Source: Acanthaster planci (taxonomy: Eukaryota). From it: 64,000 bases of DNA. A program made the position numbers and the translations under genes. The number at the start of each line of letters is the position of its first letter. The first letter of the stretch is position 1. Shown piece after piece: positions 25,301 through 37,790 of this stretch. The notes beneath the pieces are model-generated. The model was given only the letters and a program-made list of their open reading frames with translations, searched no databases and was not told the DNA's origin. Location: assembly GCF_001949145.1 (NCBI RefSeq), contig NW_019091358.1, forward strand, positions 3,692,569 to 3,756,568, written 5' to 3'.

Positions 25301-25787
25301 GGGTGATCCGGTAAATGCATGTCTATTCCAAATTCCCCCCCCCCAAAAAAAAAAAAAAGATTGTGAGATGAATTCCTTCCTTTTCAGATTAGAACCTAAC
25401 TCCTCTGAGAGAAGATAAACACAAATTACTCTTCAACCCTAACAGTCCTCAATCCTCCACTTGTCCAAGGATTGAGGACTGTTCGGGTTAAAAGAAGATG
25501 AAGACATTTAGTGGTTAGTGATCCTATGTGAATGGCACATGTCCTGTGGTAGCCGCAAGAGATGCAATATAGCAAAAGTGCTCCACGTGCAAAGGCCATT
25601 TCAACAGCCATCTCCAGCAGTCCAGTCACAGTTTCAATCTCCAGTACAATGTTGCTTTTCTCCCCAGGACAAAGTGCTGCGGGTGACCTACGTCTGGGTG
25701 CTGTGCAGGGACCAGGAGGTTCTGGACCCCAATGCTGCCTGGAGGCTGCTGGACCTGTCGGCGAACACGGCCCAGCAGTGGGTCTGA
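16322..25787 (+). CDS. TIMM44: Mitochondrial import inner membrane translocase subunit TIM44, about 456 aa, 15 exons
   Basis: Exons: 16322-16354, 17548-17664, 18147-18242, 18482-18559, 18742-18822, 19620-19769, 19914-19983, 20941-21010, 21530-21615, 22358-22450, 23165-23289, 23832-23882, 24107-24196, 25200-25310, 25668-25787. All introns are GT-AG and phase-consistent; total 1371 nt. Recognisable segments include KNKEMKENIKKFREEAEKLE, LHKDSRWYKQW, KMRYDESDN, EMSEVLTEILKVDP, LEVLKDWCYEA, MGKMMEQGPVL and YVWVLCRDQ. The first two (presequence) exons are the least certain. Confidence 0.96.
19085..19446. other. Assembly gap (N run) within a TIMM44 intron
   Basis: Both flanks carry the same roughly 40-bp motif (..GTACCCAGTGCCACAAATTCACACACTTTAC at about 19022-19064 and 19447-19488). 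This suggests an unresolved tandem repeat. Confidence 0.95.
22618..22764. repeat. Minisatellite, 17-bp unit (CATAATTGCTCTACTTG), about 8-9 copies, in a TIMM44 intron
   Basis: Direct tandem copies with occasional substitutions. Confidence 0.95.
23410..23679 (+). mobile_element. Degenerate tRNA-derived SINE
   Basis: A degraded tRNA-like head is followed by TGTCCCTAGGCAA, then CATCCCATCGGGGGTAGGGGGAGAAATACT, and a ..CCTGATAAACCCAGTGGCTTGGCACAGACTT tail. From memory this layout resembles widespread marine-invertebrate SINE2 families. A related head occurs at about 56963-57085. Confidence 0.5.
25435..25489. repeat. Near-perfect hairpin (22-bp stem, 11-nt loop), probable mini-MITE
   Basis: AACCCTAACAGTCCTCAATCCT pairs with AGGATTGAGGACTGTTCGGGTT, and the right end runs into TTAA. 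The arm CCCTAACAGTCCTCAATCC recurs at about 35232. Confidence 0.8.
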
Positions 25788-27325
25788 TTGCAGGGATGCA
25801 TGGCCAGGATGCCGACTGAAGCTCAGATCCAGGGCCGACGGGTTGAGGCATGCACCAATGCCAAATGGGGCTGGGAGCTTTTCAAGTCTGACAAATTCCT
25901 GGTGTATGTTGCAATTGATAAACAATATTTGTAAAGGAAATCATACTTTTTTTACCCAGTGTAAGTAATCAAGACTATCACAGAACAAGACAAGACCATT
26001 CACAGGTAACAGGGTGAACAGTGGCAGATATTGCTGTTGTTGCAGTTCATTTTAACAGCTTGTAGCCTGCGTTTAGACAAGCGGTCTTGTGTTGGTCTTC
26101 AGGGGTCTTGACTATAACACTGCCATCACCCCCCCCATCCCCTGCAAGGAGGTCAGCGAGACTTGACATAATCACCCAAAACCCAAGGAAGAGTTCACAT
26201 ACATATGGCATCAATACAGCCACATCCAAATTCCACGGCTACAGCTAGCAGTGACACACATACATGCTCATGGCAGCCACCAGCCAACAACTACGTGCAT
26301 TTCCCCATAGAAGCATGCTTCATTCCAAGCCATTGGCCAAGTTATTTGGATGAGGTCTGTGCTGTCTAAAGCTTTACAGGAAAGCCTGGAGTCGGGCTTT
26401 TGTAGGAGGAGCTGCATTCCTTCCTCCAGGTACTCCCCTGCCCCTCTTGATGGTTCCTTGTCTCATCCTCCCATAAACCAAGTAGTGCATTTATTGAAAT
26501 AAAGAAGAGGGCTTTCTCCTCCCACAAGTGGTCAGAGCCATCCCTACCACAATGATGTTTTTAGAGAGTACTCGTATGACACTATGACCTGTTTCAAGTG
26601 GAACACATTTTGTTGAGTGCAAGTTAAATTTTAAGATGGCTTTTAAATTGATTTATGTGAAGACCTAACACACTGAATTTTTTTGCGAAAACAGCAATGC
26701 ATGTAGGCAGAGGAAAAACAACAGGGCACAGAAATAATTTCGCATTGAGCTGTGCTTGGTCAAGCTGATTGTAGAGTATGGGATTTGCATTCCTGATACT
26801 TAGACCTCTTACACAATAAATTGGAACAGAAATATAACATGCTGCATTCACAATTTCAATTTTATGAATTGTTGAATTTTTAATAAATATGGGTATGCCA
26901 GTTTCCTTGCAAGAAAAGCAGTCGTGCACTGGGTTGCTCATTTTACATGTATGACTGTTACCTTCATAAGTGTCTAACAATCTAACAATGCAAAATGTTA
27001 TGTTCTTAAGTATCTCCACCCATTCCATTTTGTCCAATTGTGTTTAGAAGGAAAATTTCTACAGTTTTTTTTTTTTGGGCATGAAAATTGATTACATCTT
27101 GGATGTAGTCATGAAAATAATTACGATTAGTCCAAGCGGTGCTGAAAGTGTTAATACACTGGCACATCAGTGTAATGTATTCAGTCTCACAGGATGGGAC
27201 TCCAGAATTGGATTCGAGGAAAATTATCTATTTTCAAGATGTATTTTTGCGTTGGGGAGACGTTAGTTACATTTTGAAATAGTTCGCAGTACCCGCTGCT
27301 TCACCTGACTCGGACCGGCCGGCAA

Positions 27326-27490
27326 GCTCGGCGGTCGAGTGGTTAAGACGTCTGCACTAGTAAGCAGAAGGTTGTAGGTTCGAGTCCAACCTGAGTAAGC
27401 TTGTGAATTTTTTCACAAGCTCTAGGACAAGCACTGAGCACACAGTGTTTATCAATATATACGTTGGGTCAGGGCAAAAACCGTTATATA
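27326..27490 (+). mobile_element. tRNA-derived SINE-like element or tRNA pseudogene
   Basis: A-box-like GGTCGAGTGGTTAAGAC, anticodon-like stem TCTGC/GCAGA with an 8-nt loop, B-box GGTTCGAGTCC, and an imperfect acceptor stem. A non-tRNA tail follows, beginning with an AGCTTGTGAA..TTCACAAGCT hairpin. Confidence 0.65.
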
Positions 27491-28238
27491 AAAAGGAAAA
27501 TAATCTACTCTCCATGAAGTTTGAAAATAAATGTGCAAAGTGTTATTTCGTGTGCTTCAGACAACTGCCACATCGCATTGATCAATAAAATGGATTTGTT
27601 CAGATCACAGTGACCCTCGTCTGATGTAACTTATTTATTGTTGATGCCTGTTCCAGGAAATGGAAAATCTTCCAAAGCCAACGATGGCAGACAGATCCTA
27701 AAAGAAAGAACTCTAAGAGTCCTGAATCGTCGAATTTCTATATCATTTTTCACAGCCCCAGGGTTAGGCAATACCATTTATGCAAGCTCATCTAAATGGG
27801 CGTACAAAAACAAGATGGAATTTTGGATTTTTCTATAGGTACTTGTTACAAACTGAATTGTTAATGTGATATCCCCTCAGCATAAAATGGCCTTGAAACT
27901 CATCATCTTTTAAAAAGAATTTTAGACTGATTTAGTTGCATCCACGTAAACTCAATTCCTTGAATGTTCTCCGTCACTATAATCCGGCACATTTATTCAA
28001 AGCTATTGATGGAGTCTTGACGGTCTTGGTACAAGGCAGTCATATCTGGAACGGACGTCTGTTAAGGCAGGTTCATGCCCTCCATACTACATGTAGCACA
28101 AGAATGCCTGTTGCATAACTACAAGGGAGCACAGCATCAGGACAATGACGCCATGATATCCGTGACTTCTGCCAAATTCCTAGCCTGAAACAGCAATGCC
28201 AGTCCTCGCATTCCATCTGATTCTTGATGAACTGCTCA

Positions 28239-31200
28239 TCATGTACTGCAAGTCCTGTCATTCAACTCCTCTTCTGCCTCGTCAAGTTCCCTGGATTCAT
28301 CATAATCATCAAAACCATCATCACCATCATCATCATCCAACTCCTGACTCTTGCTCATGCATTGTGCCTCCTTTGGAGTACTCCCGTCTCCTTCGTCTGG
28401 GCAGCCCTTGGCCTGGTAGTGGAAAAAGGACTGTCTCTGCTTCTCGGTGAGTTGTCTCAGGTCAGTCTGGAGCTGGCTAGCCGGAGGTGCCTCCTCGGCA
28501 GGTGTCATTCCCTGTCTACAATGGGCATGAGGAGAACAAAAGGCTAAGTGTAGTACAAAAAGAACCTTTTATACCAACAAACTAACTTATGCCTGCTGCA
28601 TCCAAAGTGAAGTAGACTGCAGCAGGCAACAGCAAATGTATGAAATCCATTAGCTGGTACAGATCTTTCATGATTTGTTACATGACAAGCTCAGCTTTGA
28701 TTGGTCATGAGTACAAAAAACAAACTTTTAGAATAATTCTCAAAACGGTAAAATGTCTCTTGCAAACATGAAAACACTAAAATAATATTTCTACTGAACA
28801 CTAACTGAAAATGCCTCCCGTTTTAATGCAGACTAAGCATAACGTGCATTTTGAGGCAAAAATTCTTGCAAACCAAGGGTGAATGCTCTGCAAACTCTAT
28901 TTGGCTGGTTACACAAAGTGGCAGCCAATGTTTGTAGACACAAGAAAAGTCTACGGTGGTTGCATCCACTTCCTACATAGCATTAGCTTTTGCACAAAGG
29001 AGCATTATTAAAATTTTGATTCAGCTCATTGACACTGTGAATGGCCTGGATGTGATCTCCCAACAAAAATGGACACGCTATTCGCCTGGATGGGTGATTT
29101 TGGTGAGGTTTATCCAATATCGCATCCAGACCACCAAAGTCACATCCGAGCCAGGAATCACATCTTGTGTTTTTTGATGATCCCTGCCAAAATCACATTC
29201 CAGATTCAATATCACATCCACCCCAAACACCTGTCCATTTTTGTAGGGAAATCACTGTCCAGATTGTTCACCATATTACTCCTCAGTTAGTTCCCACATG
29301 CTGCAGTCAAGTGTTCAGTCATCAGAGAAACTACATGTACATGTACTTACTCTGTTACAATGTCATTCTTGCCACACTTGGCGCAGACCTTGGCAGCAGT
29401 GGCACATGGTTTGCACATAATGTGATATGCTTGGGTGACTGCCTTCTGTTCACACTTAACACTGCGAAAAGAAAATTGACAAGAAACCTATTAGGGAATG
29501 TAATTAATGGAAACCATTTTCACTTTTAAGAATGCAAGTAAAATGAATGCGGGGGGAGCAACTGTTCCAGAAAAAAGTCCCTCAGTGTAGAAATGTACAT
29601 GTACCTATCAGAAAGGAGTGCAGCATAACCTCCAGTGTAGTCTCTTACACTGGTTTATCTCATCTAAATGATCTACGCGTAGGTTTATTTTACAGATTCA
29701 CATTTTTATTCGACTGCCAACAAGTGCTCACAGAAGTACTTATGCAACATTCTGACACTTCTTCACCATGCATGTTTATAAATACATTGTAGGTGCTGGT
29801 TTTATCCATTTTTATGGAGGGTTAAATTCCACATTGGGAAATCAGAGGGCACCTTTGACAGTTTGACATGATCAATCCTTGTGATTGGCTTTTTGTAATT
29901 GCCGTTTGACTCCTGAGTCATTAGGAGCAAGAAGCACAGACAATCCTTACTGTTAATAAGCACACGTCTACATTAGACACGTCCCCATCTTTTGCCACTT
30001 GGGTTCAGTCACAGGGTCACGTAGTCCGTGAACATGTACAATAACATCACGTGAAACCAATGCAGATTGACTTTCGGGAGCCTATGAGCAATTTATTCGT
30101 GTCTGTATTTAATCTGTATAGTTGGCAAGGCAACCAGTGCCATTCCCCAGGAAACATCACACCGATTTGTCATAAGCATGTTTCGGCTTAACCTCAGAAA
30201 GGTACTGTTACCATATTCTTACATGTGTCTGATTAGGTTCATTCATGACATTTTTAAAGTTGAAGACTTAAAAAGGTTTAGTCCTAGTAAGTAGGACTTC
30301 CCATTGGCCAATTATGGCCAAATAATATGTTTTAAAACGGTGATGTAGAGTACTACTGTAGTACTGGTACTATGTCAAGGTACTAAGACTGGGTTTGTAG
30401 CTCTATGGTTAGATCCACCTTAGTCCCTTAAACTGGAGGTGGAGTCTCTGTACACTCCTCCATCAAATATTGACTAGTCCAAGTAACAACATGTAGAATT
30501 CTCCAAATCTTCTCTTTATATAACAACCAAATACACGTAACTGGGACTCTACCCCTTAAACTGTTGGGTCCAACTTCCGCAGTTCTGGGGGTAACTAGGA
30601 CTTTACGAATCACTTCTTTTAAATTTATGTCTTTTAAAATCGCCTCTTTTAAAAATTGCCCCTTTTGACATGTTCAACAACCACATAACTAGGGCTCCAT
30701 CATGTCCATGAATCACCTCTTTTAACATTTGGACAAATGTTAAAACTGGCAATTCGTTGAGTCCTACTGTGAGTTGAAGTCCTAGTTACTCAAACTACTG
30801 TACTGACCAGGAAGGCATTGTATACAAAGGGCCCACAGGCCTGGCTAGGTTTAAGTTACAGTGCACTACTTTGATCTGCCATATTTTCCTTCCTTACTTC
30901 GAGAACTAAAAGTCACAGCGACTTTGACCATCATGACCATGGCCTACCCATATCTACATCATCAGAACATGACCAGTTACAATTGCAATTGACCGATTTT
31001 TCCAAAACGAATGATATTTGGGAAAAACAAGGACAGCTCACCATTTCTTTGGTTGCGTCAGCGGTTTGTACTTCTTGTACTTAATTTTCCATTCAATCTG
31101 CTCTCGGCAGCGAGAACACACGCCGCTTACGACCATTTGATTCAACGCTTTCATTTTTCGACTTGTATCATGCAAGTCGTTTTTAAACGCTTTTGTATTC

Positions 31201-31247
31201 TGATACTTTTGAGACTTCTTCTTCATGTTCCCTTTCTGCGAACTCAT
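28239..31247 (-). CDS. C9orf85: C9orf85 homolog (DUF2039-type Cys-rich basic protein with acidic tail), about 197 aa
   Basis: Exons 31247-31042, 29461-29351 and 28515-28239 (594 nt, phase-consistent). The translation MSSQKGN..QKYQNTKAFKND..GVCSRCREQIEWKIKYKKYKPLTQPKKCVKCEQKAVTQAYHIMCKPCATAAKVCAKCGK matches the C9orf85 family pattern of four CxxC pairs. Confidence 0.92.
29046..29262. mobile_element. MITE-like inverted-repeat element in C9orf85 intron 2
   Basis: Imperfect TIRs of about 30 bp: CTGGATGTGATCTCCCAACAAAAATGGACA and TGTCCATTTTTGTAGGGAAATCACTGTCCAG, with internal ATCACATCC-like repeats. Confidence 0.6.
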
Positions 31248-31858
31248 TTTCTTGGTAACTCACTAAAACAGTATTTCTAACGTGAGAATCCAAACTAGAT
31301 CCTCAGAAAATCGTAGTTTAATCATATACGTGCCTGAAATGACCTGAAGTGAGCGATGACAAGACCGTCCACGTTGAATAGCGCCCCCATTTGTCGAATG
31401 ATATCTGGTCCATTTGAAAAAACATCAAAAATCGTAATGATTTTTCGCAAATTGTTCACACTTCAATGAAAAAAAAAGAAACCTCGTGACGAAATGAGCA
31501 AATGTAAAGTAGCCCTTAACGGTTATGTTTAATATTTTCACAATTTCTGTAAAATGCATACGGGCAGAATTTATCTTTAAAGCAAAAATAAGTTGCATTT
31601 TCATTACTTCAAGCAATATTGGAGTTTCATAATTGCAACACAAACAGGGTTCTCTGTAAATAATTTGAATATTTGTCGGCTCTTGCTTGGGGGAAAAATC
31701 AAAGGAATAAAATAGTTTTGCTATGATGCAAGGTCAACCTATCTGTCTTTTTTCAATGAGTCTATAGCAATACATGGATCTACAAATTGCAAACAAAGGA
31801 AAGCATACATTGTAGAAAAAAAAATGTCTTTGCAGGAGTTCATTGCAAAAAAGTCCAT

Positions 31859-34800
31859 CTACTTCAGCTTCACTTTCTTCACAGGAGAGTCAGTGTTCAC
31901 ATTATCTTCACAACATTCAACAACTTTGACCAAGGCACTGAGAGATGGTGATAAATGTTTCACTGGTCCCCTGCCGTCAGCTCTTTGCAAGCCTTGTACC
32001 GGTATTGAATACCCCGATTTTGAAATTGCGACCAACTTTAGACAATCACCATTAGCCAGTTCTCCGGAGTCCATCAAATGTCTCCCATTCTCCAGAAGCT
32101 GTGTCTCTGCAGTTCTGCTTCTAAACAGTTCCGCTTCTGCAGCACTGTCGCCGTCACTTTCCAAAAGTTTATTACAAATTTCCCGATCATTTCCCCGTTG
32201 TAGATTACCACTAACGTTTGAGAGATTTTGATGGGCATTCCCCAGATTCAGTTCTCTTTCTTCCTTCACTGAAATTTGTTCCGAATAGGCTGAATTTTCC
32301 TCCTTTACGTGAACACTCTGGTGAGTCCTTTCCACGTTCTCCTCTGGTTCTCCAGTCACCTTTACTGCACCACCACCTTCTGCTGAACAAGTGCGTGACG
32401 ATGTCTGGACGATGCAAGGTCCCCTGTACTCTGGGATGGTCAGTCCGAGGTGGGCCATGACCTTTGACATGACCTTGTCGACATATCCATGTATCCTCAG
32501 ATATGCATGTTTGTCCTGCATGGATAAAAAGATAAACATAGCAGTTGGCAGATGCATACAAAAGTCCCAGACTGAATTCCAGCCAGAAATCACTCGGGGG
32601 AAAATTGTAGCCATCAGACACTCTTGCTAGCTGAAATAAATTACAATGAACCTCAATCATTCCGACGTTTTTCCTGCTTCTTTCCAGAAACTACGCAGAT
32701 ATTTGACAAGTGATGCAGGCAGACTTGGGTACAATTGTGCACTGAAAACTACGGTTACATGGAACAACACAGACGCCTGGTACCATGGGTTGTTAGTAAA
32801 GCAGTTTTCCTTGAATGCAATGAAGGCTCAAACACAAAGCACATGACTATTACAATCAGATGCTCCCAGTGACGTCTGATTCAAGGGTTCAGTTACAAGA
32901 ACAATAAAATATGTATGTTGGTTATGCACCTCTGTGTAATTTGAGCATTAAAATGATTTCCTTACATGTTTGGTGGGTTGGAGATTGACAATGACGATCT
33001 TTCCTCCGGCTTTCTTGGTGAGCAGCGGGAGGTTGCCGCTGGGTACAATCTGAAGGCTTGTCCCCAGGCAAAGTGCAAGGTCAGCTTGCCTGGAAATCAC
33101 AGAACCGAATCAAATGGATGGTGAAAAGGCATTCACATTAACCTTGGAGAGAAATGAAAATTGTCAGGGCCCAGTAAGGATGACAAGGAGATACCCATAA
33201 AGCATCAAGCAACAACGACAGCAGTAAAATACTGTGACTTTCTGGACATTTTTTTTTTCAAATGCCAATGATAGTGAGAATTTTGCAATTTGTTGTTTTT
33301 CTACAAACTACAAAATGGCAACTAAACCCCCTAAATTCAGACAAAAATCTGAGACATCACACTCCAGAATTTCATCTTTGTTCACCATTATGGCCAGATC
33401 AAATACAGTGAGGGTATTTTTCAGAAGCATACTTTTTTCCATTTTTAAGCAATTACACAAAAATCCACTTCCGTTTGTTACTTATTCACACATTTGCTTC
33501 TCCCCGTTTTGTAACTGTATCACATGTTTCTAAATCCTATCAAATAACAATTATGTGAAGCTATAAACTTAAATCCCTTTGACTATTGACTTTCCTTAGT
33601 TCTAATTTTTCTGATATGTAAAATAAAAAATCATGAGTAATTTTGGAGGTTACAATCTGTCAATGGAATCAATTGAAGTTCTCAAGAAAAACTAAACTCT
33701 CTGATAAAAACTATGATTAATTATTTTTGGACAAACCTGGATTGTTTTTCTGCACGATCCAAGTCATCTTCTGGCAATGCATCCTCCCAGTCTAAAATTG
33801 TGTCTCGTAACTTGCCTCTTTGGTGAACAGGTAAAATAGACAAGAACTGAAGGGTTACTATGATTTTTAGTGACAGTGAACTCAAGTGTTGGGGTCGGGG
33901 CACAAACATGTATTTGAGAAAAGCAGCAGAAATCACTGGACCACCAAATGGTGGAGTAGATGGGCTTTTTACCTGCATTTTCCCCGGGGCTTTGTCTGCG
34001 TACACTGCCCTCCAGTTGGCTTGAGGCCCAATGTGGGAACAGCTGTCTCTCGGACATACTGCCTGCATAAAACATCAACCCACATAATCAACATGCAAAG
34101 TGTGTTTCATTTTCCAAATTGCTCATGTTACAAAATCTTCAAAGACTAATTTACATCTCTGCTCACAGGGACATTATGCAAGACTGCATAAGGCTAAAAA
34201 GGCATACATGCTTAGTCAAGGCCTGTATGTTACGAGCATGCAAAGGAATGTTGCATGAAAGGCTTCTGGGCACAACAAAGGACCCTGCTCTCAACTGTGC
34301 CCCCACTGGTGACAAAGAGAGAGGTTGGACCAACACTTTGACCGCCCACACGAGAGTTCACCCATTTCTTCAGGAGACCCACGCATCATCATCATCACCA
34401 TCATTTTCGGTCATTATTGGTCCCCTGCAAGGCCCAGACCTCCGTACGCTGGTGCCAACTGATCCAACGTACCACTCTCATCCTTGCAATGCCTGCTACC
34501 TTAACAATCTCATCCTTCCATCTTGTTTTCTGTTTTCCCCAGCAACGTGAACCTGTCTCCCTTGGTTGACATTCTGAGCTCTATTCTGACCCACGTGGAC
34601 CCTGTTCTAAACCCACAGACTTGGTCTGTTGGTACCAGGAGATGGTATTGCCGGCCAACAAAGCCTCTCATCTCACACTATACAGGGTGACCCTTAAAGT
34701 AAGATAACAGGTCTTTGCATCTTACTTGCCACATTTATCGCACTGCTCCACAAACATGTTGCCATGAAGTTCTGACAGCCTGTCCCTGTAAAGGAAACAT

Positions 34801-37105
34801 CAGTGGAACGTTAACAAAACAGACAGAACCACTGAAATCATGCATCAGTAAATGGATCTGCAGGGTGAATGCGTAGCCCATCATAGAATTGGGACTCCAC
34901 ACATTCTGTTTCAAAGAAGCACTTCATGTAAACAAGAAACGTACCTGGGGAATCCAGACCTGAGATGAAGCCCGTCCACGTTCTGACTGACGACATACTT
35001 AACAAAGCCTGCCCTCTCCAGTTCAATCAAGGCACGATGGGTGGGAGTGGGGACTGCGCCATCAAAGGTGACATTGACATCTGGTTTCCTACCTTCCTTC
35101 TCCAGGGTCCACACTCCCTTGGGACCCCTGACCAGAAATAAACAATTTCATGAACAGTATTTTCTCTGACATATTTTCCATGCAATCCTCTGACTTATAG
35201 TGTATAAATGGACTGGTAATGAAGTCGCTTGCCCTAACAGTCCTCAATCCACCAGTTTCAATATGATTTTACGTACACCCTAGGGAGTTAGGACTACTGC
35301 ACGTCTACGCGTACTGGTGTATGGGTAATTCCAGAAATTAGGGGTCCATTTTTTTGTAAGTTCAGAACGGACATTTTAATTTGCAAGAGTGGTGAATAAA
35401 TGCAAATTACCTGCCGAACAAATAGTGATAGTTTGAAATCAATTCAAACTATATGTCCATGTCTAATAACAAAGGTCAGATGTAACAGGGACAGATGTAA
35501 CTTTTGGACCCCTAATTTCTGGAATTACCCATGTACAAAAAGGTAACAAAATGTATACATGTACATGTACAGCACCAGTATGTTATCTGGAATCGAAAAA
35601 TACACAAACACGAAATGGGGTTTTTGAAGAAGGACCCCCGTTCCTGATTTTACCAAATTGACAAGTAACTTTAAATCAGCTCTGTACCTGAAATCTGGTA
35701 TTCCAGCAGATGTGCTGATGCCAGCCCCTGTATGCACAACAGTATATTTGCTGTTAAGGAGCAGGCTTGCCAATTGATGAGATTTCTCTTCGATCACATC
35801 TGGATCATCAAATTTCTAACAATGAGTGGTCCAAAAGAACAAAAATCCACAGGTTAAAAACTGGACACTTGGATGTCATGGACAAGGTCGTGCAATGTTA
35901 GGTCCAAATGTTTAAAGAAGCAGTCTGTGGGGTCCTAGTTAAATAGTTATCTCAAACTAGGGTTTGCGCACAGGCTGTCAAGGCTCGACCAGCATCTGTC
36001 CACAACAGTACAGTTGTCAGGTCTCTCTTAGTTCACCGTTTACTGTAAAGACCAATCTAACATGTCAGGAATTCTTCTTGCTGATACAAGTGAAATCAGA
36101 ATGTTGCATTCTTATGGTCCTACTACTATTTACTACTGCACCGAGTTAGTACACTAGATTGGATTAACTTCTCACAATACTTGCAAATACAGCAAATGGG
36201 ATACTGGGTGAACATTAATTTGATTGTATAATGTAATTAATCAACTAAAATTTATTAAAAAGTTGATTCTTTGCAAGCAAAGCAGCAATTGGTAGGATTA
36301 TCCACTGATGACAGGAATACATGCAAGGGTACGAAATGACTTGGGTACAAATTGACTCGGGTACGAGATGACCCAGACTCAGGCAGAGGGCCTAAACCAG
36401 TCAGCTGATCCGAATATGACACACATGGTATCCAGACATCATTTTTTTCTGTGATTGATTGGCAAAGAGCTACATGTATCCTTATGAATATTTAGGACTT
36501 TGTATAGACAAATCCTATTCGATGCCATAACTGCTGTGGTGCTGCACTCACATGTGCACATTTTTCAGCTTGACGCGAGCGTGCATTTGGCAAATCACAA
36601 CACCCTATTGGTCAAAGAGGCATGGAACGCACACGTACCACCTGTCCATGAGTGTTGCACCACCGCAGTAATGCCATGGCTTCCAATTCTGGTTGTCGAA
36701 TTGCAGTATACATTTGCTATGGGCCCAGCCGGGCATTCTCAGATTTGGACTTAGAGCCTAGACATAAATGGTGGGCCAAGTCTACATCATAAGCATTGTA
36801 TTTGTAAGGCTATGAGCATGAAAGTTTAAGATTTACCTCGCACTGCTCTGGATATGCACCGTGCACGGACACTAAGGAAACCATCTTGCTAAAAATAAAT
36901 AATAAATAACGAAAAAAGCCTCATGCTTTTCCGAAATGTTCTGGACGCATACGCTCACAGGCCCTATCTAAAACATGAAAAACCATGAAAACTTTCATTC
37001 TATGTCTGTAAATTTTCCTGAAACTTAGGCCTATCTCACCTCTGGCATTCCACATTTCCCTTTATGTTCATATGGCGACAACCCTTCTGAATAATTCACG
37101 GACAT
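31859..37105 (-). CDS. SIRT6: NAD-dependent protein deacylase sirtuin-6, about 462 aa, 8 exons
   Basis: Exons: 37105-37040, 35815-35688, 35127-34945, 34785-34726, 34062-33973, 33817-33737, 33089-32966, 32515-31859 (1389 nt, phase-consistent). Motifs: [63 protein letters not shown] zinc site, [26 protein letters not shown]. Confidence 0.97.
35321..35532. mobile_element. MITE with 28-bp perfect terminal inverted repeats, in SIRT6 intron 2
   Basis: ATGGGTAATTCCAGAAATTAGGGGTCCA ... TGGACCCCTAATTTCTGGAATTACCCAT. No clear TSD, so the superfamily is unresolved. Confidence 0.8.
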
Positions 37106-37767
37106 ATTCAAAGATCTGCAGAGTTCCGCTCAGACACAAACTACAGACTAAATGTCCAAAAGCGTATTTACGTAAACGTGCCTCTGGAGGGCGCTTTTTT
37201 GTACACCATCCCGGCACAGTCCGAGGGCAAGTGATTACGTAAGCGCGGCACGGCCTTATGAGCCACATGCATGCCTGAAAATTGAAATTAAAACGCCGTT
37301 TGTTCGATGCAAGCTTTTGAAAAATGTGGAAATTTCTTAAGTTAGAAGGGGTGACGTTTAGATCGAACCAGATTGTTCATTAACGGCAAACTGCCAAGTC
37401 GAAACTGCTGTCATCGCAGGGATGTGACTAGTTGAACAGGCCTGCTCGCGCAGCCGTAAATATTTTGTTTTCTCAGTTCTATAATTTACGGGAGTCGGGA
37501 GAAACATTAAGTATTTGACAAAACCATTTTTGTTTATATATAAAGCCTATCAGTATTTACTTGATATTCGGTAAACCGGAGCACGAAACATTGATACTGT
37601 ACGTTCAGGAATACAACTGAAATTGGGGACGCCTCGAATCCATATGATGCAAGATGTGGGGACGGAGAGAACCGCGGGGTTCCGCGTACGGTCCGTGGCG
37701 GCCCGGGAGCGCGTGGACGATCCTCAGTTCGTATATGTACGACACCTAGACCTATATACGATTTAAC

Positions 37768-37790
37768 CATAGACCTGAAGGGTTTCTATG
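37768..37790. mobile_element. Minimal P-element-like remnant (23 bp) with 7-bp TSD
   Basis: ATTTAAC | CATAGACCTGAAGGGTTTCTATG | ATTTAAC: CATAGA..TCTATG termini with a 7-bp direct duplication. Confidence 0.55.

Noticed and set aside
25426..25968. Several overlapping ORFs around the last TIMM44 exon (and antisense ORFs over ATP5F1A exons)
   Set aside because: Shadow frames of GC-rich coding exons.
27326..27397. Functional tRNA gene
   Set aside because: 8-nt anticodon loop, mismatched acceptor and T stems, and a repeat-like tail; treated as SINE-like or a pseudogene.
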